Assembly: GCA_051362555.1 (NCBI GenBank)
Contig: CM120640.1
Coordinates: 3,224,001-3,288,000, forward strand
Reading direction: 5' to 3'
DNA from: Lingula anatina
Lineage: Eukaryota > Animalia > Brachiopoda
DNA: 64,000 nt
The position numbers were made by a program, and so were the translations under genes. The notes under the pieces are model-generated. The model was not told the origin of the DNA. It saw only the letters and a program-made list of their open reading frames with translations, and searched no databases. This document shows, in pieces, positions 25,175-38,100 of the stretch (position 1 is the first letter of the stretch; each line of letters opens with the position of its first letter).

Positions 25175-28100
25175 GGACGGGTGCCATATTGGATCACCTT
25201 GAGGTGTCTGGCATAAGGTCTTGCAACCTGAAGAGAGAAAGAGGGAGAGAGAGAGAGAAAGAGAGAGACTGGGACAGTTGCCATAGTTAGGCACCTTGAG
25301 ACGTCTGGCATAAAGTCTTAGAACAACCTTGATCAAACTGAATTCCAGACAGCATGGTGAACATGTGTGTAAGCATACAACAGACTCATAATTTGCCAGT
25401 CAAAATACCAGCACATACATCAGTGCTATGCATGCAAAGAGCCCTCAGGTTAATTTTTTATAACCACAGGTTTTATTCAAATTTGCATTAAAATGATATA
25501 TTGTATTTCCAAAGTGCTTAAATGAAACCTGTAATGTGTATTAAGTTTTTATTATCCACTCTTTTTGATTTTTTCCTGCTCTTTAGTTAAAAAGATTTTT
25601 CTCCAAAATCTGAAAATTTATAGTTTCCTGTTAATGTGGGTCATATTAAAGGAAGCAGGAAATGAATTGTGAGAGATATGATGAAATGCTGTGGTGTCTT
25701 GAGTGTAGTATAAACATTTCATTGCACATAATATTGTGAGAAAAAAGCATAGAATTTTTTATCAGTCCCATTAATGATTGCTTTGACATGGTTTTAGGCA
25801 CTGGTAGCAATGCTTGCTACATGGAACAGTTAGACAAAGTGGAGACATGGGATGGTGATGAGAGAGCACCCAGACAGGTAAGAGACACATTTAGACTGTC
25901 ACACCCAGCACAATGTTGTCACACCTAACACAATCCATGCAGACTATACTAGAGTGTCCTGTGTTTAGAAAGCAGATCTAGGACAAACATGATTTTGTTT
26001 CAATCTAAAATGGAATTTTAAAAAATCTTGAGAGTCCATTGGTTACAGTTGTAAGGTCACTGAGCTATTTCTTTCTACTTTTTTAATACAATTCAAAAGC
26101 ATGTCAGAAGAGAGAATTACTTTATATGTCACAATTACTTTATATGTGTTCTCAACCTGTAATATGTCATTTGGTTAAATTAGAAAAAAGGGGGGTTAAA
26201 ATGGTTATCATGTCTATAATGATACTGATGCTTGTTGCAACAATATAATTTTTGCTCCAATTTCAGGTTATAATCAACACAGAGTGGGGAGCATTTGGGG
26301 ACAATGGTGTTCTGGATTTTATAAGAACACAATATGATCAGGAATTAGATGCAAAATTCTCAGTCAACCCAGGAAAACAGCTGTAAGTTTTAGTGCTATT
26401 TTTGTGTTCTGTTTCAATTACTTGGCTGCTTTCTATTGACAGACATGTGCGAGTAGAGACAGAATAAAGCTGCCCTTCAAGTTCATTTTTGTTCAGACAT
26501 GAATGTTTCTGATTTATATCAGAAATTTGATTCTTCTTGGCATTTTTTTTCTGCTTTAGAAACCCCTGTTCATTGTTCAACCTTTTTCTTACTACCCCAA
26601 ATCACCCTTCTCCCTCCAAAAATGTAAAAAACAAAGAAATCGGTGTATGTAAGTGAAATGTGTACTGCACAGTCCTAATCCTCCTCTATGTAACAATCCA
26701 GGTATGAGAAGATGATGTCGGGTATGTACCTGGGAGAGCTAGCGCGCCTCTACCTGGAGCGTTTGGTCAACGAGGGACTGCTCTTCGAGGGACAGAGCTC
26801 CGATCTCCTATCAACTCCAGGGCGCTTTTATACAAAGTACATCTCAGAAATTGAAAGGTAAGTTTCCATATGAAATATTGGGCTCAGAGAATATTTTGTC
26901 ACTGACTCTCCATGGCTCTGTTTTAGTATATCACAATAATAACATAATTATGCCCTTATTTCCCGTGACAAAGGTAATGATTTTTAAACTGCCAAGCATG
27001 ACCTTGGGATTGATAGCTGTTATATAAAAACAAAATTATGGCATTTATCAATGACAGGAAAGATGATTTTCAAAATCTGTACTAGTACATCCTTGGGATT
27101 GAATTACTGTTATATAAAAACAAAATTATGGCATTTATCAGTGACAGGAGAGATGATTTTCAAAATATGTACTAGCACGTCCTTGGGATTGAGAATTATA
27201 ATTACATAATAACAAAATTATGGCATTTTTCAGTGACAAGAGGGATGATTTTAAAAATACCAAGTCTGTACTAGAGTATGACCTTGGGATTGAGAATTAC
27301 AGCAATGCAGACTGCCACTATGTGCAATATGTTTGTTCTTTAGTATCCAGCCGAGCAGCCCATTTAGCTTCATGTGGTATGTAGATAGATATCATTATAT
27401 AATGTCTCTAAATCATTTACAGTGTGCTGTGTGATATTTTCTGTAATGTGGAACAGCACATTGTTATCATATATATTTATAAAGCAATTACATTTTGTTG
27501 TCATGTAGATGGCATTGATATTGATCATTGTGTCAGTAAATGAATAAGTAAATAAGTGAAACAGTGTTAGTATTGTAATGAGTTTCGTAGTATGCAAGTA
27601 GTATAGGGGCATTGCAGTTATATTATATAGCACTTTCCAAAGGTTTTCCACTCCTGAATGTGTCTTTGTATTACAGGCTGTGCAGTACTACTGAACAGAG
27701 TAGCCCGGCCCAGCGTCACAATAGCGGTGGACGGCTCTCTATACAGATTCCATCCCAAGTTTGGTGATATCATGGAGCAAAAGGTCTCACAGTTGGTCAA
27801 CAAAGGGTTAAAAGTAAGTGTCTTTGGGTTGATAGAGCTGTAATATTTTGATGTGGAGCTGACAAGATGATAAGCGACATAGAGCAATGTAAAAAGACGT
27901 ATGAATATTATAAATGGTGGAAGACATATGAATATTATAAATGGTGGGAGTTTGTTAGAAGAAATAGTTTTGGTAATAATTCTGAAAAATTAGAGTTAGT
28001 TATTTTATAAAAACCAAAAACTGTAAATAGGGAAATTCTTATGATGCATAGACACATGAAAGTTTAACTATACAGTCACAGCGCTTATGCTATATTGTGC

Positions 28101-30071
28101 TTATATGTTAGAGAAACTTTCTCTTTCTCAGATTTGATTTTGTTCAGCCTCTGCTAGTCTTATCTGCTTTTGCTTTAAGTATGAGACATTTTGAGTTTGC
28201 AGTGATTTAGTTTGATCTAAGAAATTATGTAACGATTTTTGCTTTTTAGCTATCGTGGTCTCACCTCACACAATGTTGTATACCTCTGACCTTTTACATT
28301 TTTTTGTCCGTATATAACACCACTGCTGCCTTTCATACACAGTGCAGTAACACACTTTGGCCCAGTAATTTATTTACAGAAAACGGAGCCAAATTTTCAA
28401 AACTTTTACACGTGCAGTACAATCCCACATGTGGTTGAATGACCAACTTCAAGGTAGATTAGGAAAAAGTCAATGCACCTGATCTAGAATACTTGTAAAT
28501 GACTGTAGGTTCTTTTGAATGTAATTCAAAAGTAGATAAAATAAAACAAGTGAAAACAAATTATGGCTGACATATCCAGTGAATTTTCAGGCCCATTTCC
28601 ACAAGAAAAACATGGCTGACATATTTTCAAACTGCCAAATATGAGAACCAATCAAATCAGACCAACACCACAAACTCTGCCCCTTGCAGGTCTAATGCTG
28701 TGCCTTGGCATTTCAGTTCAAGGTGCTTTTGGCCAATGATGGCAGCGGGAAGGGTGCTGCTCTGGTCGCTGCTGTGGCAAAACGACTAAGAATGAGTAAA
28801 CTTAGGAAAGACATTGTCAAAGGCATAATTGATTGTGAAGGTTGTTATTAGAGAGATGATATCTTAGACCATGGTCACAGTGGTGATAGAAGTACACCTA
28901 ACCTGAAGGTTATTGTAATAATGTTGTCCTTATTAGAACTATGGCAATGTAGCTCTCTACAGTGGTGGGGGCTATCCATATCACTGACAGCACTGTATGG
29001 TTTAAACTTAACATATTGTTTATATATTGTCTGTCTTGTCTTGGTGAAAACAAGCACTCCTTTCTGTATCACAGTACCAGTACTTACTTCACTGAACAGT
29101 GTATTGTAGACTAATGTGATATACACCCTGCCCTAAAATATGAGCCTAATGAAAAGAAAATAACAAAAAAGAAAGAAAGAATGATGTAATCAAACTCATT
29201 AACTATTACTTATCTAAAGCTCTGTCTGTAGTTCTACATGAACAAAACATACATTTTTCTTTGGAATTTGTAAATAATATGACTCTCTTAGGCTAGCTCA
29301 AGAGTTGAAGTACAAATCATGATATCCTAATTTTTAAAGAAAACATCACTATAATATTCAGCACTAACATAACTATTCTACTTAACTAAATAGAAAACTT
29401 ACATAATATAAACTATATTTACTCTATTCACGTGTTAAGAAGGCTACCTATGAGGCTCACTGTGATTAGGTAGTGTAACCACATTAAAACGGGTGTGTTT
29501 GAAAAGTATATTATCCCATCTAACCCTGTGTATAGTGCATGTTATATTACAAATAACAAGTCAGAGAAAAAAAAGAGGTAACAGAGTAAATAATAACTAG
29601 GCACGCTGTTGTAACAAAAACACTATCATTATAACTATCCAGTAATGTATCCAACAAATGTTATGACAGGAATTTTAGATTCAAGATATAAGGATGTTTT
29701 ATGTGCGGTATTTTAAGTATACATTTTAAATATCATACATTATGTATTATAGAGACATCTAGAATTTTATTCAGTTTGTCATTCAAAGAAAATTGGCAAT
29801 TTTAAAAATTTGGCTATACATTAAAACCAATTGGTAAGTTTACAGTGGCCCAGTGATGATCTTGTGATAAATGTTGTCACTTTGCTTCCATATTTGATTG
29901 ATTTGACATCCATATATCAATTTTTATTTACATTGTATGTATTTTTATTTATATTGTATCTTTCAGTTCAAAATCATGTTATCTCATGATGGGAGTGGAA
30001 AAGGTGCTGCGCTAGTGGCGGCCGTTGCATGCAGGATACGTGATGAACAAAAGAGGAATGGACTAATATGA
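12102..30071 (+). CDS. HK: Hexokinase, single-domain (~50 kDa) type, 466-476 aa, two alternative last exons
   Basis: Exons 12102(or 12129)-12146, 16933-17095, 18920-19059, 23555-23770, 25034-25133, 25798-25877, 26267-26382, 26702-26857, 27234-27376, 27677-27813, then 28717-28851 or 29967-30071. Motifs [87 protein letters not shown]. Exon 1 is the least certain. Confidence 0.95.
17300..17815. repeat. 45-bp intronic minisatellite (CACTATTGTCAGCACCACTGTCCCAGTCAACTGTCAGTTTTATAT)
   Basis: About 11 tandem units, near-perfect at 17641-17810 and degenerate toward the 5' side; produces spurious 15-aa-repeat ORFs. Confidence 0.95.
18180..18437. mobile_element. Palindromic MITE, family A copy 1 (PIF/Harbinger-Tourist-like)
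   Basis: Long imperfect inverted repeat (GGATCAATCTATCTCCAAGGG...CCCTTGGAGATGGATCGATCC; CACGCCTACTGAAGC...GCTTCAGTAGGCGTG); TTA/TAA flanks; homologous to 19111-19353. Confidence 0.8.
19111..19353. mobile_element. Palindromic MITE, family A copy 2
   Basis: Colinear with 18180-18437; begins GGGACCATTCCCA, ends TGGGAACCCAGTCC. Confidence 0.8.
24625..24642 (+). promoter_or_regulatory. Candidate CTCF site TGCCACGAGGGGGCGTTG
   Basis: Close match to the CCACCAGGGGGCG core; retains two CpGs inside a CpG-poor intron. Confidence 0.35.
25136..25335. repeat. (GA)n microsatellite plus ~60-bp unit, duplicated in tandem right after a hexokinase donor
   Basis: Two copies of (GA)n-CTGGGAC..TGCCATA..CACCTTGAG..GTCTGGCATAA.GTCTT. 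Confidence 0.85.
26935..27300 (+). repeat. Four ~85-95 bp tandem units spanning the acceptor and start of hexokinase exon 9
   Basis: Unit AACAAAATTATGGCATTT.TCAG|TGACA..AG.GATGATTTT.AAAA...CCTTGGGATTGA repeated; the last copy is the functional exon start. Confidence 0.85.
28717..28851 (+). CDS. HK: Hexokinase terminal exon 11a ([44 protein letters not shown])
   Basis: TTTCAG acceptor, phase 0 matching the donor at 27814, intact DGSGKGAA motif. Confidence 0.85.
   Translation, partial: FKVLLANDGSGKGAALVAAVAKRLRMSKLRKDIVKGIIDCEGCY
29967..30071 (+). CDS. HK: Hexokinase terminal exon 11b ([34 protein letters not shown])
   Basis: T-rich tract plus TTTCAG acceptor, phase 0, intact DGSGKGAA motif. 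Confidence 0.9.
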   Translation, partial: FKIMLSHDGSGKGAALVAAVACRIRDEQKRNGLI

Positions 30072-33000
30072 ATAACAGGCTGGGATACAATAGACTTAAC
30101 TAGTATAGAGTTCAGGTAAAACAACAACACAACAACAACAACAACAGGTGAAATGCTGGGCAAATTATAAAAAAAACTGCTACCTACAGTGCAACAAGTA
30201 TTATGAGTGGAGTACAGTGTCTGCAGGATTTATGTCTCTATGACAACCTTGTATATATATATACCACATAGAGCAGTGGTCATTTTCTGTGTCCAGCAAC
30301 GGTCATGTCCTTATGGCAGCTCAAACATTATACAGTACTGATGGAAAGAGAGAGAGAGAGAGAGAAGAGAAGATATATTACTTAAGCATAATTCTTCTGC
30401 ACTTGTTACGTGAGTGTCAGCTTTGTATATAGCTAAAGGTCAATTAGTTTCTCAGTAGAACTACTTAGTGTACTTAGTTGTTTTAGTGTCCGACGTAATG
30501 AGCTTCCGGGAACTGCTTTCACTAGTCATTCAGTTGGACACCAAAAAAAAAATGTCACTTGATGGTTTTACTCAAGTAATCATTGCAGGTAACCCTGTCA
30601 TGGTCGCTTCAGTGTTAAATTTACTATTTTAAAACATTCAGGAGTCAAAACATTTACACATAACATTGTCAGAAACCAGACAAGCAGTGTAACATGACAC
30701 AACTAAACACACTGTTTGGAAAAAACATGCTTTCATTCAACATATAATCACAAACATGATGCAATCACACTACACCTAACACATTATCACATCTAACACA
30801 CTGTCACATCTAACACACTGTCACACCTAACACACTGTCACTGTCTACCTGCTGTTAGTCATCACTGATCACCACATCACACTACAACAAATTCTTAATT
30901 TTTCAAATAAGAAACATGTTTATAAGTTCAATAATTTCTGAACAAAGTCCTCCAGGTATATGGGTTGAAAAAATATTCATGTAATTTATTAAATATTCCT
31001 AACTATGGTGTGTAATCTTAATATAAGCATGTATGTAGTGGAGATATGGGATTTGTAAAGAGGCATTCAACACTTATATGATATGTGGTATCCATGCTCT
31101 TTTTTTACTTTGTAGAAAGGAAAACAGAAGGAACATGGCGTTGACTAGCTTTTTTTTTCAAATACTTATTCTCGTTTTATTGCTTTGATACTAGCTATCA
31201 TAGTACATGTTCTGTATCATATATGTATAAAAATGGGAATGGGTAAGAGGGAGACGGAACAAGTTAGCATGCAGTTGCTAAGTATCATGTAGATAAAAAT
31301 TGTAAATATATGAAAGACTTGAAGCACTTACAAATGTAGGTTCCTCATAACTTAAATCTCTGCACTGTTGAAGTCATATAATTTGTATTTGAGGTCTTAA
31401 CAAATATATGCTAGCTAGTGTATAGTTAAGGACTACTTTGCCAAATGTCAGCTTTCTAACAACAGCACTGTTGTTAACACTGCTTCAGGCCAAATTATGC
31501 TGTGCTACATTGCATTCCTAGTAAATTAGTGGTCAAAAATTGTGTGTTATAGGTATGGTCAGTAGATCATCTTTAAGTTATCACAATTAAGAAATTTTAC
31601 CAAAGAACAAAAAACACTGCATAAATTATGTTATTTTCATCTTTTTTTTCTTTTTTTAAAGAGGTTGATGACACTGCTTTTTTTGTTTGATATGTGAAGC
31701 TTAAGGATAAAAAATAAACAAATAAACTTGACATGTCTGTCATAAGATCAAAAATGATGTAATTCAAAAACATAGCAAGCAGTAATTTTACATGCTAGAT
31801 ATGCATGGCAGGATAGATTATTTAATTTATTTATTTCTTCATTTATTTATTTACTTTTGCCAATCCAGCCTGATAAATCTGCTAAATTATGCTACGATAA
31901 TGATACAGCCACAAGCCTCTAGAACAATTCAGATATCCAGGCACAGGACAGGGATTGGCTAATGACCAAGAAAAAACCTGCTCCTGGCTACTGGCAGCAG
32001 AACAGTGCTCAATACATCAACAATGCAACTTAACATGTAGATGTATGTATGTAACACCAGCATCCCAGGATGGGGGTGTATTGTAAATATTTTAAAGTAA
32101 GTATATGGGTGAAATGATTGTTATTGCAGCATGCAATCAGTCAAATATTAATTCAAAAATGGATATTTGTGTGTGAACCTGCTGGTTTTTCAGTCTGTTC
32201 TTTGCCAAGGTTCAGTAGATAGTAGGTAGGCAATTAATGGTCTCTACTTTTAAACTTGTTTTACTCTAACACAAGAATGTTATATTATTAGAAGCTGAAA
32301 TACATAATTAATGTTCCCATAATATAGATCTTGATCACAAGTTAATTTGAAGTTAAGATTTATGAACAGTGACTTTTAATTTGGATCAGTTAAGTATATG
32401 AAAAAATCATGGGGCAAATGTCTCCTTTTCGGGATCACTGTAGTTTTGTTACAAGTAAATCAAGTGTCTTTTACAGAAAAGTTAAAATGACAGCTATGTG
32501 AGGTAAGATAGATGGATTTGTTTTATTTCAACTGTGCTTAGTGCACCACATCAGTTCTGTTATTTATTATCAAGTGTTATTTATTTCAGTACATTTTACA
32601 GGCATTATTTTAAATAATGTCAGCATTTCATTTCATTATTCTGCTTTTTGACGCACTTTTGGTAACCACTGCCATGTTTATGAATCTCCATTTTATTTCA
32701 ACAGCTGTTATGAATAAAGTAAGTCTTATTTTTGTTATCTTCTTAATTCCTTTTGTCCTCATTGAATATAGTAGGTATATGTAGTATAGGGTAGTGAATG
32801 CCAGACAAAGGCTTATGAATTGGGACTTCATTGTTACCACCATTAGTTTGGTCAGTAAGTCTTATCTGTCTTTCTTCACATTTACCTTGGATGTTACCTC
32901 GATTTGTTAATTCGTCAGGTAAAAATTTTATTTGTAAATTGGTGAACTTACTCTCGCTAACTGGTTGTTTATGTTGTGTGTGAACTGGTATGACTAGAAC

Positions 33001-34278
33001 ACTGGGACCTTAAACAAGTTGTTGGGTCCCAGAGTGAGTTTGGAGATTTATTTCATTGGCACACTGTATTTATGGTGGTTGTGGATTACTGCATACTTAT
33101 CATATATTAACTCTAATAAACACTTGGAAGGATATATGTTGTTATTTTTATTTTTGATTCCACACTGTATCAGGTAGAAGAAAAAGATGGTCAGTAAATT
33201 GTGCTTAGAGTCCCAGTAGTGTCTGCAATCTCCCATACACAGCACTGCACTGCACCCACTCACTACTATGGTTATATATTGCATAGATACACCAGATTAT
33301 ATACAATAATGGTACTAAACCATCATTAGAACTAACAAAGATGCAGTCTACTAAATAAACAATTTGATAACTTTGTAATTTAATTAAAAATACTCGATCA
33401 GTTTTACTATGTGGTATTATTTTGCTTACCAACAAACAATTCATAAACAGAAAAAAACCCAAGGTGTTAGATTCATTAGATGCTACTTGTTCTGTGTAAT
33501 ATTTTAAAATGCAATTTCTATAAAAATTACTCCAAATTTTCCAAATTGCAGAGAATACACAACTTCACACACATTTTCACTCACATAAAATTGCACTATC
33601 AGAAATCATTTTATAAAAGCATACAAATATGTTATATGTATGAACAGTAGTGCTTATGACTGCACTAAACAGAGGAGATTCTATAACAGCACATGCAACT
33701 TGCGTTAAATGGTCAAATTTCATTTAAAAAATGTTTTTAAACTCAACTATAAAGATAAAATGGTAGTTAAATGGCCACATTTTAGCTGAAAATAAACAGA
33801 CAAACCAGACAAAGGTGAAATGACGCAATCAATTGTAGCATATATTAATGGTAAGAGATTGAAATTTGAGTGAAGTACAGAAGTATTTCCTGAATGGCCT
33901 ATTTCAAGTGTTAAATGAGGAACGTGACCTCAACATACCAGTATATTTAAACAACAAGTTGATAAATACTCTATAAAGCATTGTAAAACAGCTTAAAACA
34001 TCTGTAAAAAAACTTTAACCTAGAGGTTTCAGCTGTAGTCGAAATAATATCATTTTGGCAAGATCCAACATGAGTGAGACAAGAACTGTTTTTTTAGGGT
34101 GGCTATAAAAAATTTCGGATATAATTTTCAATCAACAGACACTGTTGATGTAAAGGTGAAGACACCTCTCTGGTAGTGAGATAAATCTTAGGTAATCAGT
34201 ACTGAAATTAACTTACATCACTATTATATACTGCCTATATGTTACTATAAATAAATTACCTTCTTTGGTAAAGACATA

Positions 34279-34575
34279 GGGTCCATTCAGAATGAGAAGA
34301 TTCCAGTATCAACTGGTCCAAGGCTCAAGTATGGCCGACACTACATGAAAGGAAGACTGCTTAAACCTGTAATGGTCTCTCTGCCTTTCACACACCTCAC
34401 CATGCATCTGGTTGAATGGAGTTGAGATTAAAATTACTGTGCCCCTGCAAGGACGATGCGTGGGAAGGCATGTGAGAGGCAGAGAGACCATTACAGGATT
34501 AAGCAGTCTTCCTTTCATACCATATTTAAACCGTGGACCAGTTAGCACTCAGATCTTCTCATTCTGAATGGGGCC
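34279..34575. mobile_element. Fold-back MITE (~297 bp) with ATA TSD
   Basis: Arms GGGTCCATTCAGAATGAGAAGAT/ATCTTCTCATTCTGAATGGGGCC and ATGAAAGGAAGACTGCTTAAACCTGTAATGGTCTCTCTGCCT/AGGCAGAGAGACCATTACAGGATTAAGCAGTCTTCCTTTCAT; ATA on both sides. Confidence 0.85.
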
Positions 34576-35144
34576 ATATTTAAATAGGGTTCTGACTTAG
34601 TTTACAGGCTGCCTATGAATGTTACAGTTTTAATTCTAATGTGAAATGGGGGCAAAATCAATCTGCACATTAATGGAATATTCTTAAATTTTATACCTTT
34701 TTTCATTCACTGCATCACTTTCCATCATGATACACAATGCTACATTTTGGCAGAAAGGAGGTTATTTTTTATCATTCTTCATGCAAATTAATTTGTTCAT
34801 GATTTACTTGAAAGAAAAAAAAACTACATGTTAAAACTGTCTCTGTTCTAAATGCATATATTGCCACTAACTTCTCTAGAATGAGACAGTCTAAATCACA
34901 GTCTCGAAGAGATCAAACCACGCCTGGGCCATGACCAAAGAAATGCTAATGGAAAGAAACAATGCTTTGATGTAAGTATGACAAATATATGACTTGTGCA
35001 CACAATTCCACCAGTAATTCCTGTCTTGTCTTGTCCTGGTGTCTCTAAATAATTTTTCCACCACATACCAATTCTAAATATCTAATAGCATATGGCTAGT
35101 TACAAATAGCTCTGTTCTTATTCTCTCATACCCCAATGGTATAT

Positions 35145-38100
35145 TCATATATTCTTTTCACTGTGTGCGTTCTGTTTCTTAGCTTCATCTCCACCCCCTG
35201 TTAATCCACGTGAGTCACCCCCTGCTTCCGGCTGTTCCCCTTTCATCAGCTCAGGGTGGTATTTCTCCAGTGCCCATTGCATTGCCCATATACTGAGGGG
35301 TCTCATGTAACCCAGTGACCTGTACCTGTTGTTCTCAAAGTAAGCCTCTGGTGTCTGGAATCCCAGGCCCCAGGATTCATACAGGGTGTGGTAGGCGCCC
35401 TGGGCCACCTTGAACCCCTCCTCCAACATACCCTGACAACAGATGAAATATTCAGCCATCAGTAGTCATAAAAAGTTTATTCTTTTTAAAGTATGATACC
35501 TTGTGTCTCTTTTATGGACTTAGAATGAGGTGAAACATAAAAATGCTTAGATGCTAAGTAAACAGGAAAACTCTCTGATAAGAAAAATAAACAAAAACAT
35601 CTGTTGCGATCAGGTAATCAGTTAATTAATTTATCATAGAGATAAACATTATCATTTAAGAGTGAATATGATATCATCTTTTATATAAATCAGAATCACT
35701 GACCTCTTGAATCATGCTAGCAGCTAAGGCATAGTTAACCCCCGTCCAGAACTCCTCGGACTGCACTGCGCAGGTGTCAGCCTTCCCAGAGGGCCGAGCA
35801 CCATTTACAGCTCCCATGGTGCCATTTTTGAAAGGTAGAACGTTGTATTTGTAAATGCTCCTTAGAGCAGTTTTCACATGGTCTGCTGGGAATATCTGTA
35901 ATAAAAGACAATAAAAACAAATGAAAAAAAGAATTGGGAAGGCATTTTTGTCTACAACTAATCCTTATCTTCTGACTTGTTGTCTTCTAATTTGCGTAAA
36001 ATGGAAGAAGAAATGAATGGGCTTACTGTGTCGTCTGCCACTCCAGATGCCTTTAGGTACCAGTGTCCACACAACTGGTCCGCCATGATGCTGTCCGAAT
36101 GTTTCTTACCTGCAGAGTCGTAGTTGTAATACTGACCTATAATATCACAAAAATATATATAGAAATATATATATAGAAATAGATAAAAAGAACTGATCAA
36201 ACAAATATATGATGATCAAACAAATATATATGATATGAAAATAATAATGAACTATTAGAATCACATCAATTTTTGTTAATCAGTCTTAAAAAAGTGTTGA
36301 ATCTAAAGCATGAACAATGCTAGTTTCTTTTTTTTTCACATACCATTCCACAGTTTTCTCTCAAAGGAGATTTTGCCTTTGTCCAGTATTTCCTTATATT
36401 TCTTTTCGTCTCCATAGTAACCCAGCTGTCTTGCCATTAGGCACATCAAGTGTAGTGAGGCCAGCCATAAACCTCCACAATATGCACTGAAAACCATCAC
36501 AGTACATCAAGTGTACATGGGTGAGTTAAACCAATACTTTGACAGTGTTGACTGGGTAAATTAGGTTTATAACAAAGTTTAAATAGTCATTAGAAACAAA
36601 ATATTGTATTGTTTAAAATCAATTTCCAGTATTAATTGATGATAAATTAAACTAAAAAATGTTGATTGTTAAGTGTTTCTACATAAAAATGGGTATAAGC
36701 TGTCACATTGTGTAAGGTGCACCTGTGTTTGGGATGTATAAATTGTGGCATTGTGTTAAGTGCACCCGTGTTTTGGATGCGTAAATTATGTCAGGTGTGA
36801 CAGGGTTTCCACTCACCTGGCACCTGTCATAGACCAGGAATCATACGTCTGGTCTGCAAATCCACCATTTTCAATCAGGCCATCTCCATCTTGGTCAAAC
36901 CTCAGACAACTGTCTGTCACAGCCTAAAACAAGATAATCATACATGAATTTCCCTGGCTCACATTCATACAACTAGAATATGTCTCATATTTACTTAAAA
37001 TTATGACAGTCCTTGTATAGTAGGAAAAAATCCTCACCTTGGCACATGGGTACATGCTTTTCATATAGGCATGGTCCTTAGTTATATGGTAGTCTCTGTA
37101 CACCTGAAGTACAAACTTTGGGTTGAGATCCTTCCAGTCGTGGGTGGCATGGATTGCATAACAGTTTGTTCTGATCCATGGCTCGTCCTCTGTAGATAGA
37201 AGAAATTTCAGTTTGTTTGCTTTATTACGAAAAAAAAAAAGTCTGCTGGCTTGGTTTATTACAAACAATTTCAGCTTGTTTAGTTTATTTCAAACAATTT
37301 CAGCTTGTTTGCTTTATAACAAACAATTTCAGCTTGTTTGGTTTATTACAATTCATTTCAGCGGAGCTGAAATATAGGTGTGATACATGCAGCAGGACAC
37401 ACTGAGCTGATAAAGTGAGACATTAGACAATATGTGTAATATACATGTTACTATGACTGTGTTAGATGTAACAGATTTACCTGGGTCACCAACATCATGA
37501 GGTACACAGTTCTTGGCCTTGACCACATCTACATTGCCATCCATGCAGAATTTGAAACGTGTCAGATCTTCTCTTGGTATGTCCATAGCTGCAGTAGAAT
37601 TACATAAAGACAGTGTTAAAGGATCTATTAGTGAATTCTTTATTATCATTAAAATCTACTTCATGATTGATATATTTTACACCTCGTATCATCACAATTT
37701 GTCAGTTTTATCGCAAGGGCACCTGTCCACTCACCCAAGTCATACTGAAGACTGAGTTGTAGTTTTGGCCACAGCATTATCAGGGCAAATGATGCATAGT
37801 AATGGACATCATAGGTATTATACATTCTGTATTCCTGGCCTGGAAAAAAGAACATGGCAATTAGATTTGAAACCATTCACACTTAAACAACAATATTTAA
37901 TTGTTCACACACTTCTCAATATTACTTATTAAAACTGATGCATCTATCACTAGTCTTGCTGATGCAAAAAAAAAAATAAATAAAATAAATAAAATAAAAT
38001 AAAATAAAAATAAAAAAAATTATAATAAATAAATAAATTAATTAATTAATAAATAAATTAATTAATGTGGATTCAAAGGATAGATAATATCATGTTACCT

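Noticed and set aside
30072-35144. HK-GBA2 as a functional glucose-handling cluster with overlapping 3' UTRs
   Set aside because: Tail-to-tail adjacency only; many candidate poly(A) signals on both strands, so overlap cannot be inferred from sequence.
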